Positions 12,035 to 22,453 of a DNA stretch of 64,000 bases are shown piece by piece (position 1 is the first letter of the stretch; each line of letters begins with the position of its first letter). The position numbers and the translations under genes were made by a program. The stretch is taken from NCBI GenBank assembly GCA_963828255.1, contig CAWHDZ010000040.1:128001-192000 (forward strand), written 5' to 3'. A model generated the notes under the pieces. The model saw only the letters and a list, made by a program, of their open reading frames with translations. It searched no databases and had not been told where the DNA came from. The stretch comes from an uncultured delta proteobacterium. GTDB lineage: Bacteria > Myxococcota > Myxococcia > Myxococcales > Anaeromyxobacteraceae.

Positions 12035-12654
12035 GCGCCGCCGCCGGTCCCGGCTGCCGAGCCCCGGTGCCGCGGGGTGCGCCGCTCGCCGCGGGCGCAG
12101 GCGAGTTGCAGGGCCACGCTCCGGTGGAACGCCGCGACCATGGGGGCGAAGCGCTCGGGGGCCCCTTCCAGATCGCCCAGCGCGAGCGCCACCGCCTCGA
12201 GTGTGGACAGGTGGACCGCCCCGGGCTCGGCCCGCAGCCCGGCGTAGCCGCTCGGACGGCCGGCGTCCACCGAGACCCGGGGGAGGGCGGCGAGGGTTGG
12301 CGACAGGCGCAGCATCTTCTCGGACTGGTGCCAGGTCCCGTCCACCGCGAAGAGCACCGGCGGGGGGGGGCGGGCGAGCTCGCCGGCGGGGGTCGAGCCG
12401 GGGCCGGGGAAGAGGAGCGCCGCGCCGGGGACCCGGGCGAGCTCCATGACCCCGGGGTCGCCCTCGAAGGAGACGCCACGGTGCAACTCGGCGTTCTCCA
12501 GGGCCAGGCGGGTGAGCCAGGCCGAGCAGATGGCGAGCCGAGCCTCCCGGGGGTGCTGGAGGAGCACCACCCGGGTCCGGGAGGGGGCCGGGACGAGCCC
12601 GTCGCAGACGCAGAACTCCGCGGGGCGGAGGCATCGGGCGCAGCTCCGGCGCAC
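12031..12654 (-). CDS. DTW-domain tRNA-uridine aminocarboxypropyltransferase (TapT/YfiP family)
   Basis: CxxC...CxC N-terminus, LLQHPRE, LLFPG, DGTW, LSTLEA. Confidence 0.88.
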   Translation of the reverse strand: MRRSCARCLRPAEFCVCDGLVPAPSRTRVVLLQHPREARLAICSAWLTRLALENAELHRGVSFEGDPGVMELARVPGAALLFPGPGSTPAGELARPPPPVLFAVDGTWHQSEKMLRLSPTLAALPRVSVDAGRPSGYAGLRAEPGAVHLSTLEAVALALGDLEGAPERFAPMVAAFHRSVALQLACARGERRTPRHRGSAAGTGGGA

Positions 12655-12660
12655 GGCGGC

Positions 12661-12984
12661 CTAGACGACGCCGAGGAGCTCGACCTCGAACACCAGGGTG
12701 GCGTTGGGCGGGATGTCGGGAGGGGCGCCACCGGCGCCGTAGCCCAGATCGGGGGAGAGGGTGAGCTTGCGCTTGCCCCCGACCTTCATGCCGGCGACAC
12801 CCCGGTCCCACCCCTCGATGACCTCGCCGGCCCCCAGCCGGAAGCTGAACGGCTCGCCGCCGACCGAGGAGTCGAACTTCGTCCCGTCCAGCAGCCAGCC
12901 GGTGTAGTGGACCTGAACATTCTTTCCCCGGACCGCCTCCGGCCCCTTGCCGGTCATGAGGTCCTCGATCTTGGGCTTCGCCAT
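12661..12984 (-). CDS. FKBP-type peptidyl-prolyl cis-trans isomerase
   Basis: [57 protein letters not shown]. Confidence 0.95.
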   Translation of the reverse strand: MAKPKIEDLMTGKGPEAVRGKNVQVHYTGWLLDGTKFDSSVGGEPFSFRLGAGEVIEGWDRGVAGMKVGGKRKLTLSPDLGYGAGGAPPDIPPNATLVFEVELLGVV

Positions 12985-13000
12985 GGTCACCTCCGCGGCA

Positions 13001-13029
13001 GGACTACCCGGTCGCCGGGGCGGAGGCAA
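13001..13029 (-). promoter_or_regulatory. Putative sigma70 promoter for FKBP gene
   Basis: TTGCCT-N17-TAGTCC on minus strand. Confidence 0.5.
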
Positions 13030-13071
13030 GGCGTCCCACACGGCCACGACGGGGCGATCGCTCCCCACCAG

Positions 13072-13100
13072 TTGCAGTTCCCGTCGCAGGTGCGTAAACC
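13072..13100 (+). promoter_or_regulatory. Putative sigma70 promoter for histone-like gene
   Basis: TTGCAG-N17-TAAACC. Confidence 0.5.
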
Positions 13101-13148
13101 ATTGGTCGCGCCAGATACCGGGCCACAACGACTTTCGGGAGGATCGAC

Positions 13149-13484
13149 ATGAACGGTGAGCAGGAGAACACGACGCAGCCGACCATGATGGAGAACGCGG
13201 TGGCCAAGGTGGAGGAGGTCAAGGCCGCCGCGATCGCCACCGAGGTGAAGGCCGAAGCCCAGGTCAAGGCCGGCGTGAAGAAGGCGAAGGCCCAGGCCAA
13301 GAAGTTCGTCGCCAGCGTGAAGAAGGAAGTGAAGAAGGACATCAGGAAGGTGAAGGCCGCGGTCAAGAAGTTCGGGAAGAAGCCGGCCAGGAAGGTCGCC
13401 AGGAAGCCCGCGAAGAAGGCGGCGAAGAAGGTCGCCAGGAAGCCGGTCAAGAAGCCGGTGAAGAAGGCCGGCAAGAAGAAGTAG
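13149..13484 (+). CDS. Histone H1-like Lys/Ala-rich protein
   Basis: [37 protein letters not shown] repeats. Confidence 0.75.
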   Translation: MNGEQENTTQPTMMENAVAKVEEVKAAAIATEVKAEAQVKAGVKKAKAQAKKFVASVKKEVKKDIRKVKAAVKKFGKKPARKVARKPAKKAAKKVARKPVKKPVKKAGKKK

Positions 13485-13611
13485 GGCTCTTCCCGCGGCA
13501 CCCGGGGGCGCATCGGTCGTGGCCATCGCCGCGGCGGATCGCGCCCCTTCCGTTTCGGCCTCGCGTGGAACCCGTGGACGGTTCGCGCGAGTTCTGCTTT
13601 CCTTCGGGGCC

Positions 13612-15231
13612 ATGGCCACCCCCGACTTCAAGTACCAGGATCCGTTCCCGCTCTCGAAGGACCAGACCCGCTACCGCCTCGTCTCGAAGGAGGGCGTCTC
13701 CGTCGCCACCTTCGACGGCAAGGAGATCCTCAAGGTCGAGCCCTCCGCGCTGGAGCGCGTCGCCAACGAGGCGATGCGCGAGCTCTCCTTCTACCTGCGC
13801 CCCGACCACAACGAGCAGGTGGCGAAGATCCTCACCGACCCGGAGGCCTCCCCCAACGACAAGGGGGTGGCGCTGGCCTTCCTGCGCAACGCCGAGATCT
13901 CCGCCCAGGGCGAGCTGCCCATCTGCCAGGACACCGGCACGGCGACCATCGTCGGCAAGAAGGGGCAGCAGGTCTGGACCGGGGTGAAGGACGAGGAGTG
14001 GATCTCGAAGGGGGTCTACCGGACCTACACCGAGGAGAACCTTCGCTACTCCCAGACCTCCGCCCTCAACATGTACGACGAGGTCAACACCGGCACCAAC
14101 CTGCCGGCCCAGATCGACCTCTACGCGACCGAGGGAGCCGAGTACAAGTTCCTCTTCGTCGCCAAGGGAGGCGGTTCCGCCAACAAGACCATGCTCTGGC
14201 AGGAGACCAAGGCGCTCCTCACGCCCGAGAAGCTGGAGAAGTTCCTGGTGGACAAGATGAAGTACCTGGGCACCGCGGCCTGCCCGCCGTACCACATCGC
14301 CGTGGTGGTGGGAGGCACCTCCGCCGAGGCCAATCTCAAGACCGTGAAGCTCGCCTCCACCAAGTACTACGACGGGCTCCCCACCGAGGGAAACGCGCTC
14401 GGCCAGGCCTTCCGCGACGTCGAGCTGGAGAGCCGCCTGCTCGTCGCCGCCCAGAAGCTCGGCATCGGGGCCCAGTTCGGCGGCAAGTACTTCGCCCACG
14501 ACGTGCGGGTGGTGCGCCTGCCGCGCCACGGCGCCTCCTGCCCGATCGGCATGGGCGTCTCCTGCTCGGCCGACCGCAACGCCAAGGCCAAGATCACGAA
14601 GGAGGGGGTCTTCATCGAGGACCTCGACCGGAACCCGGGTCGGCTCATCCCCGACGCGCTCAGGGGCAAGCACGACCACGGCGTGAAGGTGAACCTCGAC
14701 CGACCCATGAAGGAGATCGTGGCCGAGCTGTCGAAGCACCCGGTCTCGACGCCGCTCCTCCTCACCGGGACGCTCGTGGTGGCCCGCGACATCGCCCATG
14801 CCAAGTTCAAGGACCTCATCGACGCGGGCAAGGGGCTCCCCGACTACTTGAAGAACCACCCGGTCTACTACGCCGGTCCGGCCAAGACGCCCAAGGGGAA
14901 GGCCTCCGGCTCCTTCGGCCCGACCACCGCCGGGCGCATGGATTCCTACGTGGACCTCCTGCAGTCCCACGGAGGCTCGCTGGTCATGATCGCCAAGGGG
15001 AACCGCAGCCAGCAAGTCACCGACGCCTGCAAGAAGTACGGCGGCTTCTACCTGGGGTCCATCGGCGGCCCGGCCGCGGTGCTGGCCGAGGAGAACATCA
15101 AGAAGGTGGAGTGCATCGACTTCCCGGAGCTGGGGATGGAAGCGGTCTGGAAGATCGAGGTGGTGGACTTCCCGGCCTTCATCCTGGTGGACGACAAGGG
15201 GACGGACTTCTTCAAGAAGCTGGGGATCTAG
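13612..15231 (+). CDS. Fumarate hydratase class I (Fe-S)
   Basis: [47 protein letters not shown]. Confidence 0.95.
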   Translation: MATPDFKYQDPFPLSKDQTRYRLVSKEGVSVATFDGKEILKVEPSALERVANEAMRELSFYLRPDHNEQVAKILTDPEASPNDKGVALAFLRNAEISAQGELPICQDTGTATIVGKKGQQVWTGVKDEEWISKGVYRTYTEENLRYSQTSALNMYDEVNTGTNLPAQIDLYATEGAEYKFLFVAKGGGSANKTMLWQETKALLTPEKLEKFLVDKMKYLGTAACPPYHIAVVVGGTSAEANLKTVKLASTKYYDGLPTEGNALGQAFRDVELESRLLVAAQKLGIGAQFGGKYFAHDVRVVRLPRHGASCPIGMGVSCSADRNAKAKITKEGVFIEDLDRNPGRLIPDALRGKHDHGVKVNLDRPMKEIVAELSKHPVSTPLLLTGTLVVARDIAHAKFKDLIDAGKGLPDYLKNHPVYYAGPAKTPKGKASGSFGPTTAGRMDSYVDLLQSHGGSLVMIAKGNRSQQVTDACKKYGGFYLGSIGGPAAVLAEENIKKVECIDFPELGMEAVWKIEVVDFPAFILVDDKGTDFFKKLGI

Positions 15232-15298
15232 GGGCGGACGCGGCATCCAAAAGGGTCGTGTATACTGGCGGGCCCTTTTCCCGAACCGCCGGATCCAC

Positions 15299-16702
15299 AT
15301 GACCCAGCCGCGAACGCTCCTCCAGAAGATTCGGGAGTCCCACGTCGTCGCCCAGGAGGAAGGCGCACCCGCCGTCCTCTACGTCGACCGCCACCTCGTC
15401 CACGAGGTGACCTCGCCGCAGGCCTTCACGGGCCTGCGCGCGCGAAAGCTCCGGGTCCGGCGTCCCGACCTCACCACCGCCACCGCCGACCACTCCATCC
15501 CCACCCGGGGTCCGGTGATCGACGAGCAGGCGGCCGCCCAGCTCCGGCAGCTCGAGGAGAACTGCCGGGAGTTCGAGGTTCCGCTCTTCGGGCGGGGCAG
15601 CCCGGCGCAGGGCATCGTCCACGTGATGGGGCCGGAGCAGGGGCTCACCCAGCCGGGCATGACCATCGTCTGCGGCGACAGCCACACCGCCACCCACGGG
15701 GCCTTCGGGGCGCTGGCCTTCGGCATCGGCACGAGCGAGGTCGAGCACGTGCTCGCCACGCAGTGCCTGCTCCAGCACCGCCCCCGCAACTACGAGGTCC
15801 GCGTGGACGGCCGGCTCCCGGCCGGCGTCTCCGCCAAGGACGTCATCCTGGCCCTCATCGCCCGCATCGGCGTGGGCGGCGGGACCGGCCACGTCTTCGA
15901 GTTCACCGGGAGTGGCATGGGCGCCCTCGACATGGAGGAGCGCATGACCGTGTGCAACATGGCCATCGAGGGGGGCGCCCGCGCCGGGCTGGTGGCTCCG
16001 GACGACGTCACCTTCCAGTACCTGGCCGGGAGGCCGGCGGCGCCGCAGGGCGCCGCGTGGGACCGCGCGCTGGCCCGCTGGCGGGCCCTGCCCAGCGACC
16101 CGGGCGCGCCCTTCGACCGGAGCATCTCCCTCGACGCCGCGGCGCTCGAGCCCATGATCACCTTCGGAACCAACCCCGGCATGGGCATGCGGGTGGGCGG
16201 CCGCATCCCCGACCCGGCCGCGCTCTCCGACGCATCGCAGCGGGCCGCGCTCGAGAAGGCGCTCGGCTACATGGGATTCCGGGCCGGCCAGCCCATCGCC
16301 GGCCATCCCGTGCAGGTGGTCTTCATCGGCAGCTGCACCAACGGCCGGATCTCCGACCTGCGCGCCGCGGCCACCGTGCTGCGGGGGCGCAGGGTGGCGG
16401 CCGGCCTGCGGGTGCTCGTCGTCCCAGGTTCACAGATGGTGAAGAAGCAGGCCGAGGCCGAGGGTCTCGACCGGGTCTTCGTCGAGGCCGGCGCCGAGTG
16501 GCGCAACCCCGGCTGCTCGATGTGCATCGCCATGAACGGCGACCAGCTCCAGCCCGGCGAGTACGCCGTCTCCACGTCGAACCGCAACTTCGAGGGGCGG
16601 CAGGGCAAGGGAGGGCGCACGCTGCTCGCCTCGCCGCTCACCGCCGCGGCCTCCGCCGTCACCGGCAAGGTCACCGACCCGCGCACGCTTCCCCGCGCCT
16701 GA
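15299..16702 (+). CDS. leuC: 3-isopropylmalate dehydratase large subunit
   Basis: [55 protein letters not shown]. Confidence 0.97.
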   Translation: MTQPRTLLQKIRESHVVAQEEGAPAVLYVDRHLVHEVTSPQAFTGLRARKLRVRRPDLTTATADHSIPTRGPVIDEQAAAQLRQLEENCREFEVPLFGRGSPAQGIVHVMGPEQGLTQPGMTIVCGDSHTATHGAFGALAFGIGTSEVEHVLATQCLLQHRPRNYEVRVDGRLPAGVSAKDVILALIARIGVGGGTGHVFEFTGSGMGALDMEERMTVCNMAIEGGARAGLVAPDDVTFQYLAGRPAAPQGAAWDRALARWRALPSDPGAPFDRSISLDAAALEPMITFGTNPGMGMRVGGRIPDPAALSDASQRAALEKALGYMGFRAGQPIAGHPVQVVFIGSCTNGRISDLRAAATVLRGRRVAAGLRVLVVPGSQMVKKQAEAEGLDRVFVEAGAEWRNPGCSMCIAMNGDQLQPGEYAVSTSNRNFEGRQGKGGRTLLASPLTAAASAVTGKVTDPRTLPRA

Positions 16703-16714
16703 GGAAACAGGGAC

Positions 16715-17311
16715 ATGGCCCAGTTCACCACGCTCACCTCCCGCGTCGTCGTCGTCCCCCAGAACGACATCGACACCGACCAGATCATCCCCGCCCGCTT
16801 CCTCAAGACCACCGACAAGGCGGGCCTGGGCTCGAGCCTCTTCGCCGACTGGCGCTACGGACCGGACGGCGCCGCGCGGCCGGAGTTCCCGCTCAACGCC
16901 CCGCGCGCGGAAGGGGCGCAGGTGCTGCTCGCCGGGGACAACTTCGGCTGCGGCAGCTCCCGCGAGCACGCCCCCTGGGCGCTCACCGGCTTCGGCTTCC
17001 GCGCCGTGGTGAGCACCTCGTTCGCCGACATCTTCCGGAACAACGCGCTGAAGAACGGGCTCGTCCCGGTGGCCATCGACGCGGCCGCCCACGCGTCCCT
17101 GCTCGGGCAGCTGGCCCGGACTCCCGAGGCCGAGGTCACGGTGGACCTGGCCTCCCAGACCATCCGCCTTCCCGACGGGAAGACGGTGAAGTTCCCCATC
17201 GACCCTTTCTCCCGCACCTGCCTGCTCGAGGGGGTGGACGAGCTGGGGTACATCCTGCGCTTCGAGCCCCGCATCGCGGAGCACGAGGGGCGCGTCCGGG
17301 AGGCGTCGTGA
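16715..17311 (+). CDS. leuD: 3-isopropylmalate dehydratase small subunit
   Basis: [38 protein letters not shown]. Confidence 0.97.
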   Translation: MAQFTTLTSRVVVVPQNDIDTDQIIPARFLKTTDKAGLGSSLFADWRYGPDGAARPEFPLNAPRAEGAQVLLAGDNFGCGSSREHAPWALTGFGFRAVVSTSFADIFRNNALKNGLVPVAIDAAAHASLLGQLARTPEAEVTVDLASQTIRLPDGKTVKFPIDPFSRTCLLEGVDELGYILRFEPRIAEHEGRVREAS

Positions 17312-18852
17312 TCCAGATCTACGACACCACGCTGCGTGACGGCACCCAGCGCGAGGGCATCTCCCTCTCCTGCGACGACAAGATCGCCATCGCCGGACGG
17401 CTCGACGAGCTGGGCGTGACCTTCATCGAGGGCGGCTGGCCCGGCTCCAATCCCAAGGACGCCGAGTTCTTCGCCCGGGCCCGCGACATGGAGTGGAAGA
17501 CGGCCCGGGTCGCAGCCTTCGGATCGACCTGCCGGGTGGGCGGCGGGCCGGAGGACGACGCCAACATCCGCGCGCTGGTGGACTCGGGCGCCCCGGTCTG
17601 CACGGTGGTCGGGAAGACCTGGACCCTGCACGTCACCGACGTGCTGCGCACCACGCTCGAGGAGAACCTCCGCATCATCGAGAGGAGCCTCGCCTACCTG
17701 GCCGCCCAGGGGCGGAGGGTGATCTACGACGCCGAGCACTTCTTCGACGGCTACCGGGCCGACCCGGCCTACGCCATCGCCACCCTGGAGGCGGCGGCGC
17801 GGGGCGGGGCCGAGACGGTGGTGCTCTGCGACACCAACGGAGGCTCGCTCCCCTGGCAGATCGCCGACGTGGTCCGGGCCGTGAAGGGCAGGGTGGACCG
17901 GCCTCTCGGCATCCACGCCCACAACGACAGCGAGACCGCAGTGGCCAGCTCGCTGGCCGCGGTCCACGAGGGGGCCATCCAGGTCCAGGGCACGGTGAAC
18001 GGGTACGGGGAGCGCTGCGGCAACGCCAACCTCTGCTCGGTCATCCCGGCGCTCGAGCTGAAGCTCGGGTTCCCCTGCCTGCCTGCCGGCCGGTTGCACA
18101 CGCTCACCGAGGTGTCCCGGTTCGTGGCCGAGCTGGCCAACCAGGCGCCCGACGACCACCAGCCCTACGTGGGCAAGTCGGCCTTCGCCCACAAGGGCGG
18201 CATCCACGTGGCGGCCATGCGCCGCAACGAGGCCACCTACCAGCACCTCGACCCGGTCCTGGTCGGCAACCGCATGCGCGTGGTGGTGAGCGAGCTGTCC
18301 GGGCGCGGCAACCTGCTCTCCAAGGCCGAGGAGATGGGCATCACCGGCGGAGACGTGGGCGGCGTGCTCGGGGAGATCAAGGAGCTCGAGTCGAAGGGGT
18401 TCTCCTTCGAGGCCGCCGAGGCCTCCGTGGCCATGCTCATGAAGCGGCAGGAGCCGGGCTACCACCCCCCCTTCGAGCTCATGGACTTCCTGGTCAACGT
18501 CGAGCACCGCACCGGCCGCGGCATCTTCGCCGAGGCCATGGTGAAGGTGCGGGTGGACGGCGAGGTGCTGCACACCGCCGCCGAGGGGGACGGCCCGGTG
18601 GACGCGCTCGACGCCGCGCTCCGAAAGGCGCTCTCTCCCCGCTACCCGAAGATCGGCCAGATGAAGCTCACCGACTACAAGGTTCGCATCCTCGACAGCG
18701 ATCGGGGCGCGGGCGCGGTGACCCGCGTCCTCATCGACACCCACATGGGCGACCGGCGGTGGACCACCGTCGGCGCCTCCACCAACATCATCGAGGCCAG
18801 CTGGCGCGCGCTCAGCGACTCGGTGGAGTACGGGCTCACCGTCGCAACCTGA
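17308..18852 (+). CDS. cimA: Citramalate synthase (bacterial CimA/LeuA-like family)
   Basis: GTG start; [63 protein letters not shown]. Confidence 0.88.
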   Translation: MIQIYDTTLRDGTQREGISLSCDDKIAIAGRLDELGVTFIEGGWPGSNPKDAEFFARARDMEWKTARVAAFGSTCRVGGGPEDDANIRALVDSGAPVCTVVGKTWTLHVTDVLRTTLEENLRIIERSLAYLAAQGRRVIYDAEHFFDGYRADPAYAIATLEAAARGGAETVVLCDTNGGSLPWQIADVVRAVKGRVDRPLGIHAHNDSETAVASSLAAVHEGAIQVQGTVNGYGERCGNANLCSVIPALELKLGFPCLPAGRLHTLTEVSRFVAELANQAPDDHQPYVGKSAFAHKGGIHVAAMRRNEATYQHLDPVLVGNRMRVVVSELSGRGNLLSKAEEMGITGGDVGGVLGEIKELESKGFSFEAAEASVAMLMKRQEPGYHPPFELMDFLVNVEHRTGRGIFAEAMVKVRVDGEVLHTAAEGDGPVDALDAALRKALSPRYPKIGQMKLTDYKVRILDSDRGAGAVTRVLIDTHMGDRRWTTVGASTNIIEASWRALSDSVEYGLTVAT

Positions 18853-18876
18853 CGGCGGCGGCCCCTCGGAGACGAC

Positions 18877-19935
18877 ATGAAGGCGACGATCGTGGTGCTT
18901 CCCGGCGACGGGATCGGGCCGGAGGTGACGGCCCAGGCCGTCCGGGTGCTCGAGTCGGTGGCCCGCAAGGGCGGGCATGACCTCCGCTTCACCGAGCGTC
19001 TCATGGGCGGATGCTCCATCGACGCCCACGGCGTGGCGCTCACGCCCGAGGTGCTCCGCGACTGCCAGGCGGCCGACGCGGTCCTGCTCGGCGCGGTGGG
19101 TGGTCCGAAGTGGGACGACCCGAAGGCCAAGGTACGGCCGGAGCAGGGGTTGCTCGGGCTGCGCAAGGGGCTCTCCGTCTTCGCCAACCTGCGGCCGGTC
19201 CGGGTGCACCCGGCGCTCGTGGACGCCTCCCCGCTCAAGGCCGACCGGCTGGCCGGGGTGGACATCCTGGTCATCCGCGAGCTCACCGGCGGGCTCTACT
19301 TCGGAGAGCCCAAGGGGCGCCACCACAAGGACGGCCACGAGCACGCCGTGGACACCCTCGACTACGCCGACTACGAGGTGCGGCGGGTCACCGAGCTGGC
19401 CTTCCGGCTGGCCCGGGGGCGTCGCAAGAAGGTGACTTCCGTGGACAAGGCCAACGTCCTCGAGTCCTCGCGCCTCTGGCGGCAGGTGGCCACGGCGGTG
19501 GGGCAGGAGTTCCCCGATGTCGCCCTCGACCACATGCTGGTGGACACCGCGGCCATGCGGCTCGTGCAGGCGCCCGCCTCCTTCGACGTGCTCGTGACCG
19601 AGAACATGTTCGGGGACATCCTCACCGACGAGGCGGCGGTCCTGGCCGGGTCGATGGGAATGCTCCCCTCGGCGTCGCTGGGAGCGGGCGGCCCGGGGCT
19701 CTACGAGCCCATCCACGGCTCCGCTCCGGACATCGCGGGGAAGGGGATCGCCAACCCGCTCGGGACCATCCTCTCGGCCGCCATGCTGCTTCGCCACTCG
19801 CTCGGTCTCGAGCAGGAGGCGGCGGCGATCGAGAGGGCCGCCGACGCGGCCGTCACCGGGGGTGCACGCACGGCCGACCTGGGGGGCAAGCTCTCCACCC
19901 GGGACATGGCCGAAGAGGTGCTGCGGCGTCTCTAG
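18877..19935 (+). CDS. leuB: 3-isopropylmalate dehydrogenase
   Basis: [58 protein letters not shown]. Confidence 0.97.
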   Translation: MKATIVVLPGDGIGPEVTAQAVRVLESVARKGGHDLRFTERLMGGCSIDAHGVALTPEVLRDCQAADAVLLGAVGGPKWDDPKAKVRPEQGLLGLRKGLSVFANLRPVRVHPALVDASPLKADRLAGVDILVIRELTGGLYFGEPKGRHHKDGHEHAVDTLDYADYEVRRVTELAFRLARGRRKKVTSVDKANVLESSRLWRQVATAVGQEFPDVALDHMLVDTAAMRLVQAPASFDVLVTENMFGDILTDEAAVLAGSMGMLPSASLGAGGPGLYEPIHGSAPDIAGKGIANPLGTILSAAMLLRHSLGLEQEAAAIERAADAAVTGGARTADLGGKLSTRDMAEEVLRRL

Positions 19936-21818
19936 CCTCGCGGAGGCGCCGGCTTCCGGCGGGCCAGGATCCGCTCCATCTCGTCCATGGTCGCGTTCAT
20001 CTCGGCGATGGCGGCGTCGAACGGGGCGGAGGTGGTCATGTCGACCCCGGCGCCGCGGAGCAGATCGATGGCGTAGCGGGACCCGCCGGCGCGAAGCATG
20101 TCCAGGTAGGCCTCCCGCCGGGCCGTCTTCCCGGTGCGCGCCTCCTCTCGGATGGCCCGCGCCAGGGCGGTGGAGGCGACCATGCTGGTGGCGTACTGGT
20201 AGACGTAGAACGGACGGTAGAAGTGGGGGATGAAGGCCCACTCCACGCCGATGAGGTCGTCGACCTGGGTGACGCCCTTGTCGTGACCGTAGTACTCCCG
20301 GACGATCCGGAGGTAGAGGTCGCTCAGGATCTCCCCGCCGAGCGGCTCGCCCCGCTCCGACCGCTCGTGCATGGCGAGCTCGAACTCGGCGAACTGGGTC
20401 TGGCGGAAGAGGGCTCCCCGAACGCCGTCCAGGTGGTTGCCGAGGAGCGCCAGCCGGGTCTCGTCGTCCTTCGCCTTCCCGAGCATGTGGTGCAATAGTA
20501 GGTTTTCGTTGAGGGTGGAGGCCACCTCGGCGACGAAGGTCGGGTAGTCGAAGGTGGCGAAGGGCTGGCTCCGCATGGCGTACCAGGTGTGCATCGAGTG
20601 GCCCGACTCGTGGGCCAGCATCGAGAGGTCATCGTACTGCCCGTTGAAGTTGAGCAACTGGTACGGGTGCACCCCGTAGACGCCGGTGGAGTAGGCGCCG
20701 GAGGCCTTGCCGGTGGAGGGCAGGTAGTCCGTCCAGCGGCTCTCGTACCCCTTCCGCATCGCATCGACGTACTCGGCTCCCAGCGGGGCGAAGGCCGCTA
20801 GCGTGATGGCGCGCGCCTCGTCCGGCGAGAACTTCAAGGGCACGCTGCCCACCATCGGGACGTAGAGATCCTGGTAGCGGAGCTTCTCGAGGCCGAGCAT
20901 GCGGCGCCGGAGCTCCAGGTAGCGGTGGAAGGTGGGGAGGCTGCGCCGGACGTCGGCGACGAGCTGCCGGTAGACCGCGGGAGGGATGTTGGAATCGAAG
21001 AGGGAGGACTCCAGCGAGGAGCCGAAGCCGCGGACCTTCTTCTGGAAGACCTGGGCCTTCACCTGTCCGTCCAGGGTCGCCCCCATGGTGCGGGAGTAGG
21101 CCTGGAAGGCGCCCAGGAAGGCGGCGAAGACGGCCTCGCGGTCGGCGCGGAGGGGGGAGGCCCTGACCAGCCCGTAGGCGGAGGGATCGAGCCGGACCTC
21201 GCCGGTGGAGAGCTTCACCGTGGGCCAGGGCAGGTCGGCGTTCGCGAGGATCCCGTAGGCCGTGCTTCCGGTGTCCGCGAAGCCCTGGGCCTCGGCGACG
21301 ACCCGCTCCTCCGCCGCCGAGAGCGTGTGGGGCCTGGCGCGGAGGACGTCCTCCACGAAGAAGCGGTAGGGAGCGAGGCGGGGTTCGGCCTGGATCCACG
21401 CCTTCAGCCTGTCGGGCTCGATGGCGAGGATCTCGGGCCGGGCGAACGACGACGCCGCCTCGAGCCGGACCGCCAGCTGCTGCGCGGACTCCCTCATCTC
21501 GCGGGGGTGGGCCGCCCGGATGTCCTCGTCGGAGAGGCAGTTCGCGTACTCGAGGACCCGGAGCAGGTCGCGCCTCAGGCCGAAGGCGGCGTCCAGGCCG
21601 TCTGCGAGCGCCGCCGCCGAGGTCCCGAGCCGGCCCTTGTGCGCGGAGAGGCCGGGGATGCGCCGGGCGAGATCGTCCCTCGCCACGGTCCAGGCGGCCT
21701 CGGAGGGGAAGATGTCGGCGAGGTTCCACCGGTACTTCTCCGCGACCTCGGCGCGTTCCGCGCCGCGCGCTGGAACGGCGAGCGCAAGGAGGGCGAGGAT
21801 GGCGAGCACTCGGGCCAT
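19932..21818 (-). CDS. pepF: Oligoendopeptidase F (M3B) with N-terminal signal peptide
   Basis: [42 protein letters not shown]...FYVYQYAT. Confidence 0.92.
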   Translation of the reverse strand: MARVLAILALLALAVPARGAERAEVAEKYRWNLADIFPSEAAWTVARDDLARRIPGLSAHKGRLGTSAAALADGLDAAFGLRRDLLRVLEYANCLSDEDIRAAHPREMRESAQQLAVRLEAASSFARPEILAIEPDRLKAWIQAEPRLAPYRFFVEDVLRARPHTLSAAEERVVAEAQGFADTGSTAYGILANADLPWPTVKLSTGEVRLDPSAYGLVRASPLRADREAVFAAFLGAFQAYSRTMGATLDGQVKAQVFQKKVRGFGSSLESSLFDSNIPPAVYRQLVADVRRSLPTFHRYLELRRRMLGLEKLRYQDLYVPMVGSVPLKFSPDEARAITLAAFAPLGAEYVDAMRKGYESRWTDYLPSTGKASGAYSTGVYGVHPYQLLNFNGQYDDLSMLAHESGHSMHTWYAMRSQPFATFDYPTFVAEVASTLNENLLLHHMLGKAKDDETRLALLGNHLDGVRGALFRQTQFAEFELAMHERSERGEPLGGEILSDLYLRIVREYYGHDKGVTQVDDLIGVEWAFIPHFYRPFYVYQYATSMVASTALARAIREEARTGKTARREAYLDMLRAGGSRYAIDLLRGAGVDMTTSAPFDAAIAEMNATMDEMERILARRKPAPPRG

Positions 21819-21843
21819 GGCGGTCCTCGGCCGGAACTGCCGG

Positions 21844-22035
21844 CTAGTCCTCGGCGATGGGCTGCGGACCCGGCACGATCCCGGCGATGTCCGGGTCCTC
21901 ACCGGGCGTTCCCGCGGATCCAGGGTTCGCTTCCTTGTCCCGCTTGCGCGTCTCTCGCCGCTCGTCCTTCTTGCGCTGCTTGTCGCGGCGCGCGGCTTCC
22001 TTCTGTCGCTTCGTCGAACCCGGGTTGAAGACCAT
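21844..22035 (-). CDS. Small basic protein downstream of cold-shock gene
   Basis: AGGAG SD; KRQKEAARRDKQRKKDERR...EDPDIAGIVPGPQP. Confidence 0.7.
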   Translation of the reverse strand: MVFNPGSTKRQKEAARRDKQRKKDERRETRKRDKEANPGSAGTPGEDPDIAGIVPGPQPIAED

Positions 22036-22125
22036 GTGAACTCCTGGAGGCAGGGGCCTCGCGGCTTGGGAAATGCGAAGGCCCGGCCGCCGGCCGGGCC
22101 TCCACCGAACGGGCCGGTCTGTAGC

Positions 22126-22329
22126 TTACACCGGACGGACGCTGGCGGCCTGAAGTCCCTTCGGCCCCTTCTTCACCTCGAACTCCACCTTCTGCCCTTC
22201 CTTGAGGGTGCGGAACCCTTCGGTCTGGATGGCCGTGTGGTGGCAGAAGACGTCCTCGCCACCGCCGTCCTGCGTGATGAACCCGAAGCCCTTCGCATCG
22301 TTGAACCACTTCACGACTCCACTGGCCAT
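22126..22329 (-). CDS. Cold-shock protein (CspA family)
   Basis: [43 protein letters not shown]. Confidence 0.97.
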   Translation of the reverse strand: MASGVVKWFNDAKGFGFITQDGGGEDVFCHHTAIQTEGFRTLKEGQKVEFEVKKGPKGLQAASVRPV

Positions 22330-22453
22330 CCAGCACGTCCTTCGTCGTTCGCGCGGGAACCGTTCCCGGTGGGCTCGGGCCACCCCTGTAGCGCGGGCCG
22401 CCAAGTTGTCTAGCGCGCCCGAAACCGTTTGTCGAGGGGCCGATCAGGCCGGA

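Noticed and set aside
12362..12370. G9 homopolymer in the DTW gene
   Set aside because: Encodes an in-frame Pro run and the ORF is intact; no evidence of phase variation
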